Source: Zygnema circumcarinatum SAG 698-1b (Eukaryota > Plantae > Zygnematophyceae). From it: DNA of 17,905 bases. Every line of letters begins with the position of its first letter. Position 1 is the stretch's first letter. Made by a program: the position numbers and the translations under genes. The notes beneath the pieces were generated by a model. It saw only the letters and a program-made list of their open reading frames with translations. It was not told where the DNA came from and ran no database searches. Below, piece after piece: positions 1 through 9,238 of this stretch. The stretch lies in NCBI GenBank assembly GCA_037447605.1, contig JBBHKD010000057.1, positions 1-17,905 on the forward strand. Reading direction: 5' to 3'.

Positions 1-63
1 CAGTAAAGAAATATGCAGCCGTGGCAGCATATGTTTAGTGCGCTTTTTTTTTCTTTTTGGCAG

Positions 64-135
64 AGACTTGTCTTCGAATTCCCTAACGGGGCCAATTCCG
101 GATTCTATCGGTATCCTTACGAATCTGAGCTACTT
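64..135 (+). CDS. 72-nt single-LRR exon (plant-specific extracellular LRR)
   Basis: ggcag|A GAC TTG...TAC TT|gtaag, phase 2/2; encodes [24 protein letters not shown], matching LxLxxNxLtGxIPxxxxxLxxLxxL. Confidence 0.9.
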
Positions 136-3059
136 GTAAGGATTTTTCCCCATAAATCTGAATTGCCTGAGATAGAAATGTCAGACACAGGAATGCCAGT
201 GAGACAAATGCTAGTCGTGGCAGCATTTTTATTCAGTGCCCTTTTTGTTTCTTTTCGGCAGATTCTTGTCCTCTAATTCCCTAACGGGGCCAATTCCGGA
301 TTCTATCGGCCATAGCCAGCGAACTTCCGTCTGCTTATTCTGATTATTTTTTCTCTCTCCCTCTTTTTCCGTTTGCAGGCCTCCCTGTGTACGCGGTCAT
401 TTGTATCACACTTGGAATCGTACTACTTGTTGGCATCGCCATTGTCTTGGCCTACCTTTACTTTCGCCCAAGTAATGAACTTCATTTTCTTCAATGCTCT
501 TCTTTCGTTCCTGACAAATCTGTCCAAAATCTGCATGAAGTTACAGCAAAGAGAGCTAGGAAATACTTAATATACACTTTTGATTTATATGGAAAATATG
601 GAATTATGGTAATATGGAGTTGCTGACGGATGTTGCCACCAATTTGTTCACTAATATCACCCTCGTAACCAGATTCTCTCTTCGTCTTGATATTGGGATG
701 CTTTTGCAGGAAAATCAGCGTTTGCGGTGAAGTTGAAGGACCATTTTGTGAAGCAAATTCGACTTCAGAACATCCGTGAAGCCACCGACAACTTCAGCGA
801 GGAAAATCTTCTTGGCGTGGGCGGCTATGGAAGTGTCTACAAAGGCGTTACCAAAAGTGGAGAAATTTGGGCTGTAAAGAGAGCTAAAACTGTGTCAGTT
901 GAAGGGCTACAGGTCTTCCAGAATGAGGTTTGTGCGAACTCACCTACTCATGTTGTCGATGAATGTACCGTTTCTTCATAGGGGTGTTCATTCCTTCATA
1001 GTACAAACTGTTTGAAAAGATTTTGTATTGTTCTTATTAGAGAATTGGGCTATGCAGAAAATGTTGTACGGATTGCGGAATCTGGATATTGATCATTTGC
1101 CAGATTGGGACGTGTTGTTGATACTTAGGATCGTAAGATTTTTTTGGGGTCCTCCGATGGTCTGTCATTTCAGCTCACGTTATTTCGAGCAAGTGATGAG
1201 TTTTCAATGACCTGCTGACGTGCTTTTGTGCAGGTTGACGTCATTTCTCGAATGAACCACAAACATCTCGTGAAGCTTCTTGGCTTTTGTGACGAAGACA
1301 ATGAGCAAATTCTGATTTATGAATTTGTTGAAAATGGCACATTAAAGTCAGCCCTTCAATTGAAAGATGGTAGGGCCTCCATCTTGGCAGATGCATCCCA
1401 GCAAGCTATTTTTTGATGCCATGCTGGCATGATAAAATTTCATGAGGCCTAAAAAAAACACACACCTGATTATGTTAGTCTCTATTGGTCGTAGATGTGC
1501 ATATTTGAATTTAGCACCTTCAGCGTAGTCACATTTTTTCGTGTGTTTTTTTCTGTCCTTATAGGAGGAAGAACCCCGCTGACATTCAAGCAGCGTCTGG
1601 AGATTGCGTTGGGTTCGGCCGAAGGCTTGGCTTATCTCCACACGCAGGCGAAGCCCACAATTATCCATCGGGACGTTAAGTCGGAAAACATTCTTTTGGA
1701 TGCCCGATTGCAGGTATGAGATGGCATTTATTCGGGTTAGGGGGAGGGAGGAGGTTAAGGGAGGGAGGGAGGGAGGGGAGGGAGGGGAGAGAGGGGAGGG
1801 AGAATTGGATTGGGAGAAAGGAGGAGGGACCATCCGAGAGTTTCCCATTCTTACTTCTTGAAATATTCGTTTGCTTCGTCTGCAGGCGAAAGTTTCTGAT
1901 TTTGGCCTTCTGAAAGATAACGAGGAGGAGAGCGCTTCGGCTCGTAGGACGCGAATTGCGGGAACGCATGGATACATGGATCCCGAGTACTACACCACTT
2001 TCAAAGTCACTCCAAAGAGCGACGTCTATAGGTAAAAGCAGCCATACCCATTACCCATAAAGCGCAGTTCTTGCGCAAACGGAGAACTCTTTTTTAAAAG
2101 TGCTTCCCCCGTTCGTGCTTTAATTAATCCTAGGATCACATTGCAATTAGATTCTTGGATAATCTTGGATCTTCCATGCATAGCAACAAGGTGGCTATAC
2201 CCCACTGGTTCGTGAGTGTGAGATGTAAGCGATGCAAGCCTTTGTGCCTCGTCATGTGAGCTCACTAAAGAAGTCACATTGTACCCAAATAATACGAAAT
2301 ATGACTATAAACTGTTGCACTTGTGGCGGCAAACTTGGGCAGCTTTGGGGTCGTCGTTCTTGAGCTCATCACTGGCCAGCCAGCGGTGATCACTCAAACT
2401 GACGGAGACGTGACCTCATTGGCACGCTGGGTATGGGCTCCATACTGCACATCCCTTAGAGTCATGAAAATTACGATGATGGCATAAAGGGGTAATGTTC
2501 ATGATGTAGTCATGATGTGGTTTTGCAAAACGCTAAACGTATATTCTTGATTTTTAAAGTTGCTATGTACAGCCAATTGGCACATAATGAGGTTCAGTAT
2601 AAACTTGTTCTATGATGTGATTGATTGGAGCTAACGATGATGAAAGAATGCTATTCACAGTTATTCTCTCTCTCTCTATCTCTCTCTTTCTCTCTCTCTC
2701 TCTCTCGCTTTCTCTCTCTCTCTTTCCAAGCCTTGCAACGCATTCGAAGCTCTTTGGGCCTCGCCGCAATCACTGACCCCAACCTGGATGGAAACTTCTC
2801 GCTAGACGACATGCAGACCTTGGCGAGCATTGCCGCTTCCTGCCTTCAAAAGGTTTCCGCGTATCGACCGGAAATGGCCGATGTTGCGAGTCAGCTGCGA
2901 ATGCTCAAGGCGAAGGTGGAGGGCGCTCAAGTCCCCGTTCAACCACCCATTCAGCCTGTGGAGGAGCACGTAGAAATCACCATACCATCCGATTACTTGA
3001 GAAACCAAAGCAATACTACATCAGTGGTGCAGGAGCAGAGTGCTGTGATTGCAAGGTAA
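64..3059 (+). CDS. LRR receptor-like Ser/Thr kinase (RLK/Pelle, RD kinase), multi-exon, 5' part outside window; possibly disrupted
   Basis: Exons read by hand: 64-135 (LRR), 262-~310 (truncated LRR), 379-471 (TM), 710-927, 1234-1369, 1565-1713, 1886-2031, 2343-2430, 2730-3059. TM-to-kinase exons through 2430 join in frame via GT-AG introns. Motifs: [74 protein letters not shown]. Ends IAR* at 3057-3059. Confidence 0.9.
262..310 (+). pseudogene. Truncated second LRR exon (tandem duplicate of 64-135, 198-bp period)
   Basis: ggcag|A TTC TTG TCC TCT AAT...ATC GGC ([16 protein letters not shown]), 44/48 nt identical to the first LRR exon. Similarity stops at ~310, there is no GT at the expected 334, and the frame hits TGA at 341-343. 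Confidence 0.75.
379..471 (+). CDS. Transmembrane exon of the RLK
   Basis: ttgcag|GC CTC CCT GTG...CCA A|gtaatg; [30 protein letters not shown]; phase-1 join to 710 gives the basic stop-transfer RPRK. Confidence 0.85.
710..927 (+). CDS. RLK juxtamembrane + kinase subdomains I-III exon
   Basis: [25 protein letters not shown]...WAVKRAK...FQNE; tgcag acceptor, gtttgt donor. Confidence 0.92.
1234..1369 (+). CDS. RLK kinase subdomains III-V exon
   Basis: [37 protein letters not shown]; tgcag / gtaggg. Confidence 0.92.
1565..1713 (+). CDS. RLK kinase subdomain VIa-VIb exon
   Basis: [21 protein letters not shown]...[14 protein letters not shown]; tatag / gtatga. Confidence 0.93.
1741..1800. repeat. 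(GGGA)n-like purine tract in RLK intron
   Basis: gggagggaggaggttaagggagggagggagggaggggag... Confidence 0.7.
1886..2031 (+). CDS. RLK kinase subdomain VII-IX exon
   Basis: [10 protein letters not shown]...[28 protein letters not shown]; tgcag / gtaaaa (not in the ORF track). Confidence 0.93.
2343..2430 (+). CDS. RLK kinase subdomain IX-X exon
   Basis: [29 protein letters not shown]; ggcag / gtatgg. Confidence 0.9.
2665..2723. repeat. Imperfect (CT)n microsatellite / polypyrimidine tract
   Basis: tctctctctctctatctctctctttctctctc... just upstream of the last RLK exon. Confidence 0.85.
2730..3059 (+). CDS. RLK terminal exon (subdomain XI + tail)
   Basis: [11 protein letters not shown]...[26 protein letters not shown]...IAR*; the expected in-frame acceptor reads CAA, not CAG. 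Confidence 0.85.
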   Translation, partial: ALQRIRSSLGLAAITDPNLDGNFSLDDMQTLASIAASCLQKVSAYRPEMADVASQLRMLKAKVEGAQVPVQPPIQPVEEHVEITIPSDYLRNQSNTTSVVQEQSAVIAR

Positions 3060-4599
3060 AAAAATGAGAAACATAGCTTCTCGGAGACTCCTTAGGCCGA
3101 AGTGATTGTCACCATTGGTTGAGAGTCTTCCCAATCGCCTCTAATTAGGTTGATTTGAGATTTTCTTCCGTAGCCATTATTGGCTCTTGGCCTCCATTCG
3201 GATACCATTTGGATTAGCGCTTGAAAATGGCGAAGATGAAGGTGTTCGCATATATAGACATTGTCAATGTACAATAGTGGATGCTTGGACACTAGGATGG
3301 CACTTTGTTGTTGGTGTGTGCTCCTAGTGGTAGGGTCGTAGGATTGCGACCTAGGGTAGGTTGGCACGCGCAAAGTTGTACGAACGACTCGCGGATTTGT
3401 TCGAGGCGCGTGGAACCATTGGTGACGCTGTGACGTGACGCGTGACGAACGAATTTGTTGAAGTTGCGAAAGGCGCCATGCGACTCGTGAACAATGTTGT
3501 CGAGAGCGGAGAAGATTTGAACTCATATTAAACTCTGATGAAACTCTGATTGAACTGTGAAATTTGAACTTGCGCTGATTATTGCTTCGAAGTTTATTTT
3601 AACCTTAGGCGTTCAGTTGCCGGTATAGGATCATGGTTAGCCTGTGCAGATGGTGTTCCGATAGTCAATGAGCTCGATCCACTGTCCTTTAGCCGTGAGC
3701 TGGATCCTGCCGAGGAACAGAGGATGAGCACTTGCATTTGGTTGCATGGTCACATCACGGCAGCTGTTTAGTATGAGAGGCAGCGTTTTGGGAGTTACTT
3801 ACCCTTAGGCATTCTATCATTTATGTGGCAATAGCAGAGCAGATAGTGAAATGTAGCTTGGCTTAGTACATTGATGCGGCTTGAGGTGGGCTGCAAGCCG
3901 ACCGCAACGTTTATACGCTTGAGTCCAGTCGTGTCACACCTGACCTCAGACTCATCTTCAGCTCCATCTACAACCAGAATTTGAAAACTTTATAGTCCTC
4001 CTTTCAATTAATGTTAAGCCCCTGTTACCACAAGCCTTAAGGGTAGTGGCTTTCTTCTCACGCGCAGAGAATGTCGGTTTAGGTTACTAGTCCTACTAAC
4101 GTCATAATACATTGGCCGCAATTCTTGACTACAGCTGTTCCAATTCTTGCCTATAGCCCATTTGATGTACTTGCAAGAGCGAGTACATCGAGAATTCCCA
4201 TTAACAGGGACTCTGAACCCACGCTACATGCTACCTGCTCTCACCTCAATTTGAGTTTAAGGCTACCGTCACAGTAAACGTAGGCATTTTGATAATTGGC
4301 CGATTGCAGAAAGTTTCAATTGAATACAATTAAAAAAGGGCAGGCTGGGCTTTCTTCCCTCAGACGCTCCCCAAACCCCCCACACCCTTCCCTCTCACCT
4401 GCTTCAGCAACTGCGATAAAGTAAGATAAGAATTGATCAGATTCCGCCATTCCAAGCGGAAAAGAGAAATAAAACAGCTTACNNNNNNNNNNCTTTCGCC
4501 TCCTTAAGAGGCGAGGAGGAGCAGGAGGTAGGGAAGGAGGGGAGAAAGGAGAGAGAGGCGAGTGAGGAGAGGAGCGGAGAGGGAATCTGGGAGGAGGTA

Positions 4600-5681
4600 C
4601 AGAGCGCTTATGAGCTGCGCAGGTGAGGCTTGATGAGATACTCATCGTCCACCACAAGCAGCTTATAGAATGCACATGAATCATTCGCATGCGTGCAGCT
4701 GCAGGCTGACTACCAAAGGCCACAGCCCACATGCAGAGCAAAGGCGTTGAATGTCATTAGAACATGACCTATGTCTGAAATTAGAGGTAGGCCATATCAA
4801 CCCCAAAAAGTCAGACCCATATTTCTATCCGAGAAACTGTCTTATCCATGCAAAAATCAATTTGCAACACGTTGTTGTACGCCCATTTTACAACGATTGT
4901 GCAAATAAAACGAATAGCCCCTTTTGCATTCCCTTGGGACTGTTTCGCCCTTTTCCATTTGTTAAGAAGAATATGTGAAAGACGATCTTACATCACGACA
5001 AGGACAGTTTTCTCACCTCAGGTGTGTCAACTGCAGATGAACTAGTTCGTTCCCATGCTCTTGCTCAGCTGTCTCCGTGTTTTTGGATTTGATCGAAGCA
5101 TTCAATGGCAGAAAAAGGGGGATTGGCTTGGTTGGGCTAAGGTGGATAACTGGGGCACTTTGTCTACATACCTGCCAAAAAGAGGATTGCCTGAGAGTGG
5201 GCAGAGCTCGGGTTGTCTTCCGGCCACATCGGTATGATGATATACGCTGCAAATCTTTCCCTTGCTCAGATTTTGCTTGCAATTTTGCGCACTATTTCCA
5301 TCCGACTCGGCTGATTGGCTCCTGCTCAGACCACCCACACCACCAATTCATTTCTTCCGATTTCTATAGCCAAGAAACCTTGCTATTCCATCGTTATTCA
5401 TCCAGACCAGCCGTTGGCATACTTGTCCTGCCTATCACTTTGAGCTAACATGAGTTCCATGACGGACCTCCACAGTCTCACTTCGATCAACCTTTCAACG
5501 TCAACGACTTGAATGCCTCTAGATTCAACTGACCTCCTTCCTTATGGCTGTCCCATGCATAGGACGAGCCAAGGAAGTACTGATTCTCAATGTACAAGAA
5601 GCTCTGTGCCCGCCGAATAGAACGAATATATGCCTCTTGAATGCTACGTTCCACTGCCACGTCCTTGTCGATCTCCAGATG
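4600..5681 (-). pseudogene. PLD: Phospholipase D (plant C2-PLD beta/gamma/delta-like) pseudogene, C-terminal half
   Basis: Exon 5681-5534: [43 protein letters not shown]. Exon 5321-5172: GANQPSRMEIVRKIASKI*ARERFAAYIIIPMWPEDNP...QAILF(+1)WQ. Remnant ending VDTPE|gtgag at 5017. HKD2 exon ~4700-4600: MIHVHS(+2)KLLVVDDEYLI. Premature TGA at 5268-5266 and two frameshifts. Confidence 0.88.
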
Positions 5682-5927
5682 CTGCANNNNNNNNNNGAAA
5701 AGCATAAAAATGTCAAGATAGGATTGAAACTCAAGGAGCTCGAGACTTTTGCGTAGCACGCTGACGACAGTCTTTCCTCTCCCGTTCCATCACTCACTCT
5801 TCCTTGGTTTATTTTCTTGACTCTCCACGTATGTGTGTGACATGTGTGCTATGTAGATGACATGCATGTCTCCCTCCAGCGTTATGCCCACTTTCCCAAC
5901 TCAGTCAAGACGAGAAAGATCACAAAG

Positions 5928-6895
5928 GGATTCTATAGGTTCGAGATGTCACCCACGAAGGCCGGCACGCTGCCGCTGATGTTGTTGCTCTGCAGATAGC
6001 TGCGGCCCGGCATGACCTCATCAGACCCCATCGCCCATGGTGATGTTCAAGGCGATGTGTGCAGGGCATGCATGCGAAAATGGTCATGTCCTCATGTAAC
6101 CCGGTTTCTTTCTATGCCATTACATTGACATGATTTCGTGGAGGAAAAATTAGCAAGTCACTCGCAGTTCCTCGAGCACAGTCAACTCCGCGATCACAGC
6201 TGGTACGCTGCTCAGCCGGTTTCTCGCAAGGTTCATTCATAGAATTGCGCGTCACAGCACTGGTAAGTTTTGGGTTTTTAGTACATAAACATCAGCCTTA
6301 ACACAGAGACTTGAGAAGAAAATAAATAAATGCTCACTTTACACGCGCTAAAGGGGTCAGCTTGGCGGAATGTTTCTTGCAAGAACTTCAGAGCCGTGAA
6401 ATGGAACAGCGAGACATGTACGTTCGTCAGTTGATTTCCCTTCAAGTTCCTGCTTGTTCGCGAAACATGGATGGATGCGAGATGACGACGAGAGGTACCA
6501 AAGCTATCATTTACTCTGTCCATGATCCCTCTCACACATAGAGCGGACCATTTACTGGAATGCGCAACTATGTAATTTTTGACTATTCCTAAAACTATGA
6601 CTTGAAGTGAATGGCTGACTAACATTGTCGTAAGTCTTGAGAAATCAGACGTAAGCTCAGGCAGACTGGTTATCGAATTGTGGCTCAGGTCCCTGCATAA
6701 AGAATAAATGAAAAAAAGGGCACTGAATAATTTTGCTGCCACGACTAGCATTTCTCTCACTGGCATTCCTTTGTCTGACATTTCTACCTCTTACGTTTCA
6801 GATTTATGGGGAAAAATACTTACAAGTAGGAGAGAATCGCAAAGTTCCTGATAGAATACAGAATAAATCCTATTAGGGATTTAGAAGACAGGTCT
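5928..6895 (-). pseudogene. Decayed LRR ectodomain exon array (LRR-RLK/RLP paralog fragment)
   Basis: Five phase-2 single-LRR exons: 6895-6824 (72 nt, DLSSKSLIGFILYSIRNFAILSYL); 6692-6624 (69 nt, DLSHNSITSLPELTSDFSRLTT); 6449-6381 (69 nt, NLKGNQLTNVHVSLFHFTALKFL, GC donor); 6234-6166 (69 nt, NLARNRLSSVPAVIAELTVLEEL, acceptor AT, GC donor); 5999-5928 (YLQSNNISGSVPAFVGDISNL*, TAG at 5935-5933, no donor). Confidence 0.85.
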
Positions 6896-7202
6896 CTGCC
6901 TAAAAAAAAAAATTGAACTCCTGTCGCGCTCCATCCGTTCAGGCGCATTCAGCGCACCCCCTTTGGTACGGTCTAAGCCTAAACCGTAACCTACGACCCT
7001 AGACCTTTCCTAGACCTGCCGTACCGTGCCCTAACGATACGGGCACCCCCCCAATGTTCGGTCCTACACCAAACATGACCACCGATGCATGGACATTGTC
7101 CCTATTCCACATTGTACTTTCTCCACCAACACATTGATGTCCCAGACAACACTCATGCGAGAAACTAAGTACCAACCCCTTGATGTGCCCTACAGATCAA
7201 CA

Positions 7203-7225
7203 ATGGTATGGTATGGTATGGTGTG
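7203..7225. repeat. Short (ATGGT)n microsatellite
   Basis: atggtatggtatggtatggtgtg. Confidence 0.6.
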
Positions 7226-8336
7226 GGTTGGGCTGCGAAACATGTATCCCATGTCATGTGACAGCCCAATGCATTTGATCGCTAATGCAGAGGTTGTAGA
7301 TGAAGATGGAGATGGTCAGCACGGTCAGCGGGCGGTCTAGGGCACAACATGGGATTTCACAGTCCTCTTCAAACAACTGACGCGTATTCACCTTTGTTTC
7401 CTGGTCTCATTTCTGCTCTTGAGATGTAGACGAGATGAAGCGTGTACTGCACGCAAGGAAATATTCGACTGTGGAATGTTGAGAATGTTCAAAACGTTCA
7501 GTCAGTAAACATGGGCCATCACTTGCTTGGAAAGAACGCTAGCACAAAGACACCATTTATGTCAAAAACAATCCTCCACAAACATGTCCATGTTTGCGCC
7601 GGTCTCACGGACACGCGATTGTACTATTCTTTGTACAAAGGTCAAAAGAACATTCTCATGTGGCCACCGCTCGTTTTACAAAACAATAAATTACGATACG
7701 ATATCCGTACATTAAGAATATCGTACGGATTCCGGACAGCTTCGGTTTTACGAGCGAGATAGAGGTCCGCGGGCTTGAGCGATCGATGCCGCCCGAAAAG
7801 AATATTTTAAGTGTGTGGCGATTGGGGCCGAGTGTTACTTGAGTCCGCAGAACTGTAGCGGATGCATGGGTCACGTAGATGAGTGGCACCATGGAATGGT
7901 GTGTGGTTGCACCCGCGTTGTGGATTCAATGGTTGGCGTGCAAGCCAATGGTTGACGAACAGAGCCAACCACCGCCAATGGTTGCGACATGATTTGGCTC
8001 CAGAATGCTTGTGAAGGTGAGGGCAGATGAGAGAAGGCGGATTATGGGGGGAGCTGTGAAGTGGGACAGGGAAAGGGATTCGAGATGGATCGAGATGCGT
8101 AGCGCTGATTGGGCGGCTATCATCTTCTTTGTTTACCAAAAAAACTAAAAAAAAAGGCTGAAAGGGTACGAGCGGGAGGAGTGGCAGTAGGGGGGGAGAA
8201 CGGGACTCAATTTCAACACACCCTTCTCCCTTCCCTTCACTCTCCTTCCTTCTCTGCCTCCTCCCCCTTCTCCCGCTCCTGCCTCTCCCCTTACCGTTCA
8301 CTCTCCCTCTCCCCTCAAACGCAACTCCGCGTTTTA

Positions 8337-8563
8337 CATTTGCGGCATGGACCCCAGTCCTCTTCGCGCTGGCCTCGGCACAAATCATGCGCGCGTGCAA
8401 ACGCTGCCGGACTCGTACAGTACTTGGACTTGTCCTTCGCCGTCAAACGTCGACACTGTTTAGTTCATTCATGTTTGGTTCAGTTTAGTTTTAACTGAGA
8501 GCACATGGCAACTCAGAAGTCCCAAAAACTTAAATTGCCCTGACGGCGGTTATAACTGTCCTC
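8337..8563. repeat. ~227-bp direct repeat, copy 1 (intact; DNA-transposon-terminus-like, ends ...TAACTGTCCTC)
   Basis: Aligns with 8724-8933 joined to 17032-17048; long shared blocks such as gtgcaaacgctgccggactcgtacagtacttggacttgt. Confidence 0.8.
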
Positions 8564-8723
8564 AACTCCGCCATAGACCTTAAACCCTAACCCTCCTCTG
8601 AACTTTAGTAAAGAAATGTGCAACCCCCTTCTCAAAGGCCCCTCACTCATGGCGCCCGTTCTATGTCCTCAGCATGCCTACGGCTCCACTGAGGCCCACG
8701 GGAAACTGAAACTGTGGCGCGGC

Positions 8724-8933
8724 CATTTGCGGCATGGAGCCTCAGTTCTGTTCTCGCTGGCCTCGGCCCAAATCATGCGCAGGTGCAAACGCTGCCGGAC
8801 TCGTACAGTACTTGGACTTGTACTTCGCCGTCAAACGTCGACGCTGTTCGGTTCATTCATAAACTCAGCTTGCAGTTTCAACTGAGTGCACATGGCAGCT
8901 CGGAAGTCCCGAAGACTTAAATGGCCCTGACGG
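8724..8933. repeat. ~227-bp direct repeat, copy 2, interrupted by the non-LTR element; remainder at 17032-17048
   Basis: Starts catttgcggcatgga like copy 1 (387-bp offset). Breaks after gccctgacgg and resumes after 17031 with cgtttttaactgtcctc (copy 1: cggttataactgtcctc). Confidence 0.85.
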
Positions 8934-9090
8934 AGAGAGCAAACTTTCATTGAACTCGCGATGGCGAGGCCATCAAATGTACATGGATAAAGGCAAAATG
9001 TGGAACCACGAAGGACTGGTCACAAAGGACCGAAACACAATAAAACAAAGCTAGGAGCGGAAAACTACGCCTAGGCACAACAACGCAGCC

Positions 9091-9228
9091 CTAAAAGCAG
9101 CCGCGAAGGTCACCGATGTGAGGCACGTCGCGAGGAGGGAGCGGTGGAAGTCCACCAACACGGTCACCAACAACTGCAGCACGCCGAAGAAGCGTAGAAG
9201 CAAGGCAACGCTGAAGGGCGACGGAAAT
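9091..9228 (-). pseudogene. Non-LTR ORF C-terminus (tail after restriction-like endonuclease)
   Basis: Hand translation ISVALQRCLASTLLRRAAVVGDRVGGLPPLPPRDVPHIGDLRGCF*; (R)ISVALQRxxA is the typical terminal motif of CRE-type RLE proteins; not in the ORF track. Confidence 0.75.
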
Positions 9229-9238
9229 NNNNNNNNNN

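Noticed and set aside
13-276. 87-aa ORF similar to the start of the 6278-6781 ORF (MSDxGMPVRxMLVVAA)
   Set aside because: The similarity is translation of the shared intron; the real coding frame is the 72-nt LRR exon.
3092-3526. 144-aa minus-strand ORF downstream of the RLK
   Set aside because: No recognisable motif or splice support.
7807-8498. 197-aa and 129-aa ORFs
   Set aside because: Driven by purine/pyrimidine low-complexity tracts and repeat sequence; no domain.
8581-8594. Telomere-like TAAACCCTAACCCT
   Set aside because: Only about two degenerate units; too short to call telomeric.
8337-8933. Repeat pair as a CRISPR array, snRNA or spliced-leader gene
   Set aside because: Units are too long and too few for CRISPR in a eukaryotic context. 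An Sm-like T-run in copy 1 is not conserved in copy 2, and I see no USE or known RNA sequence.
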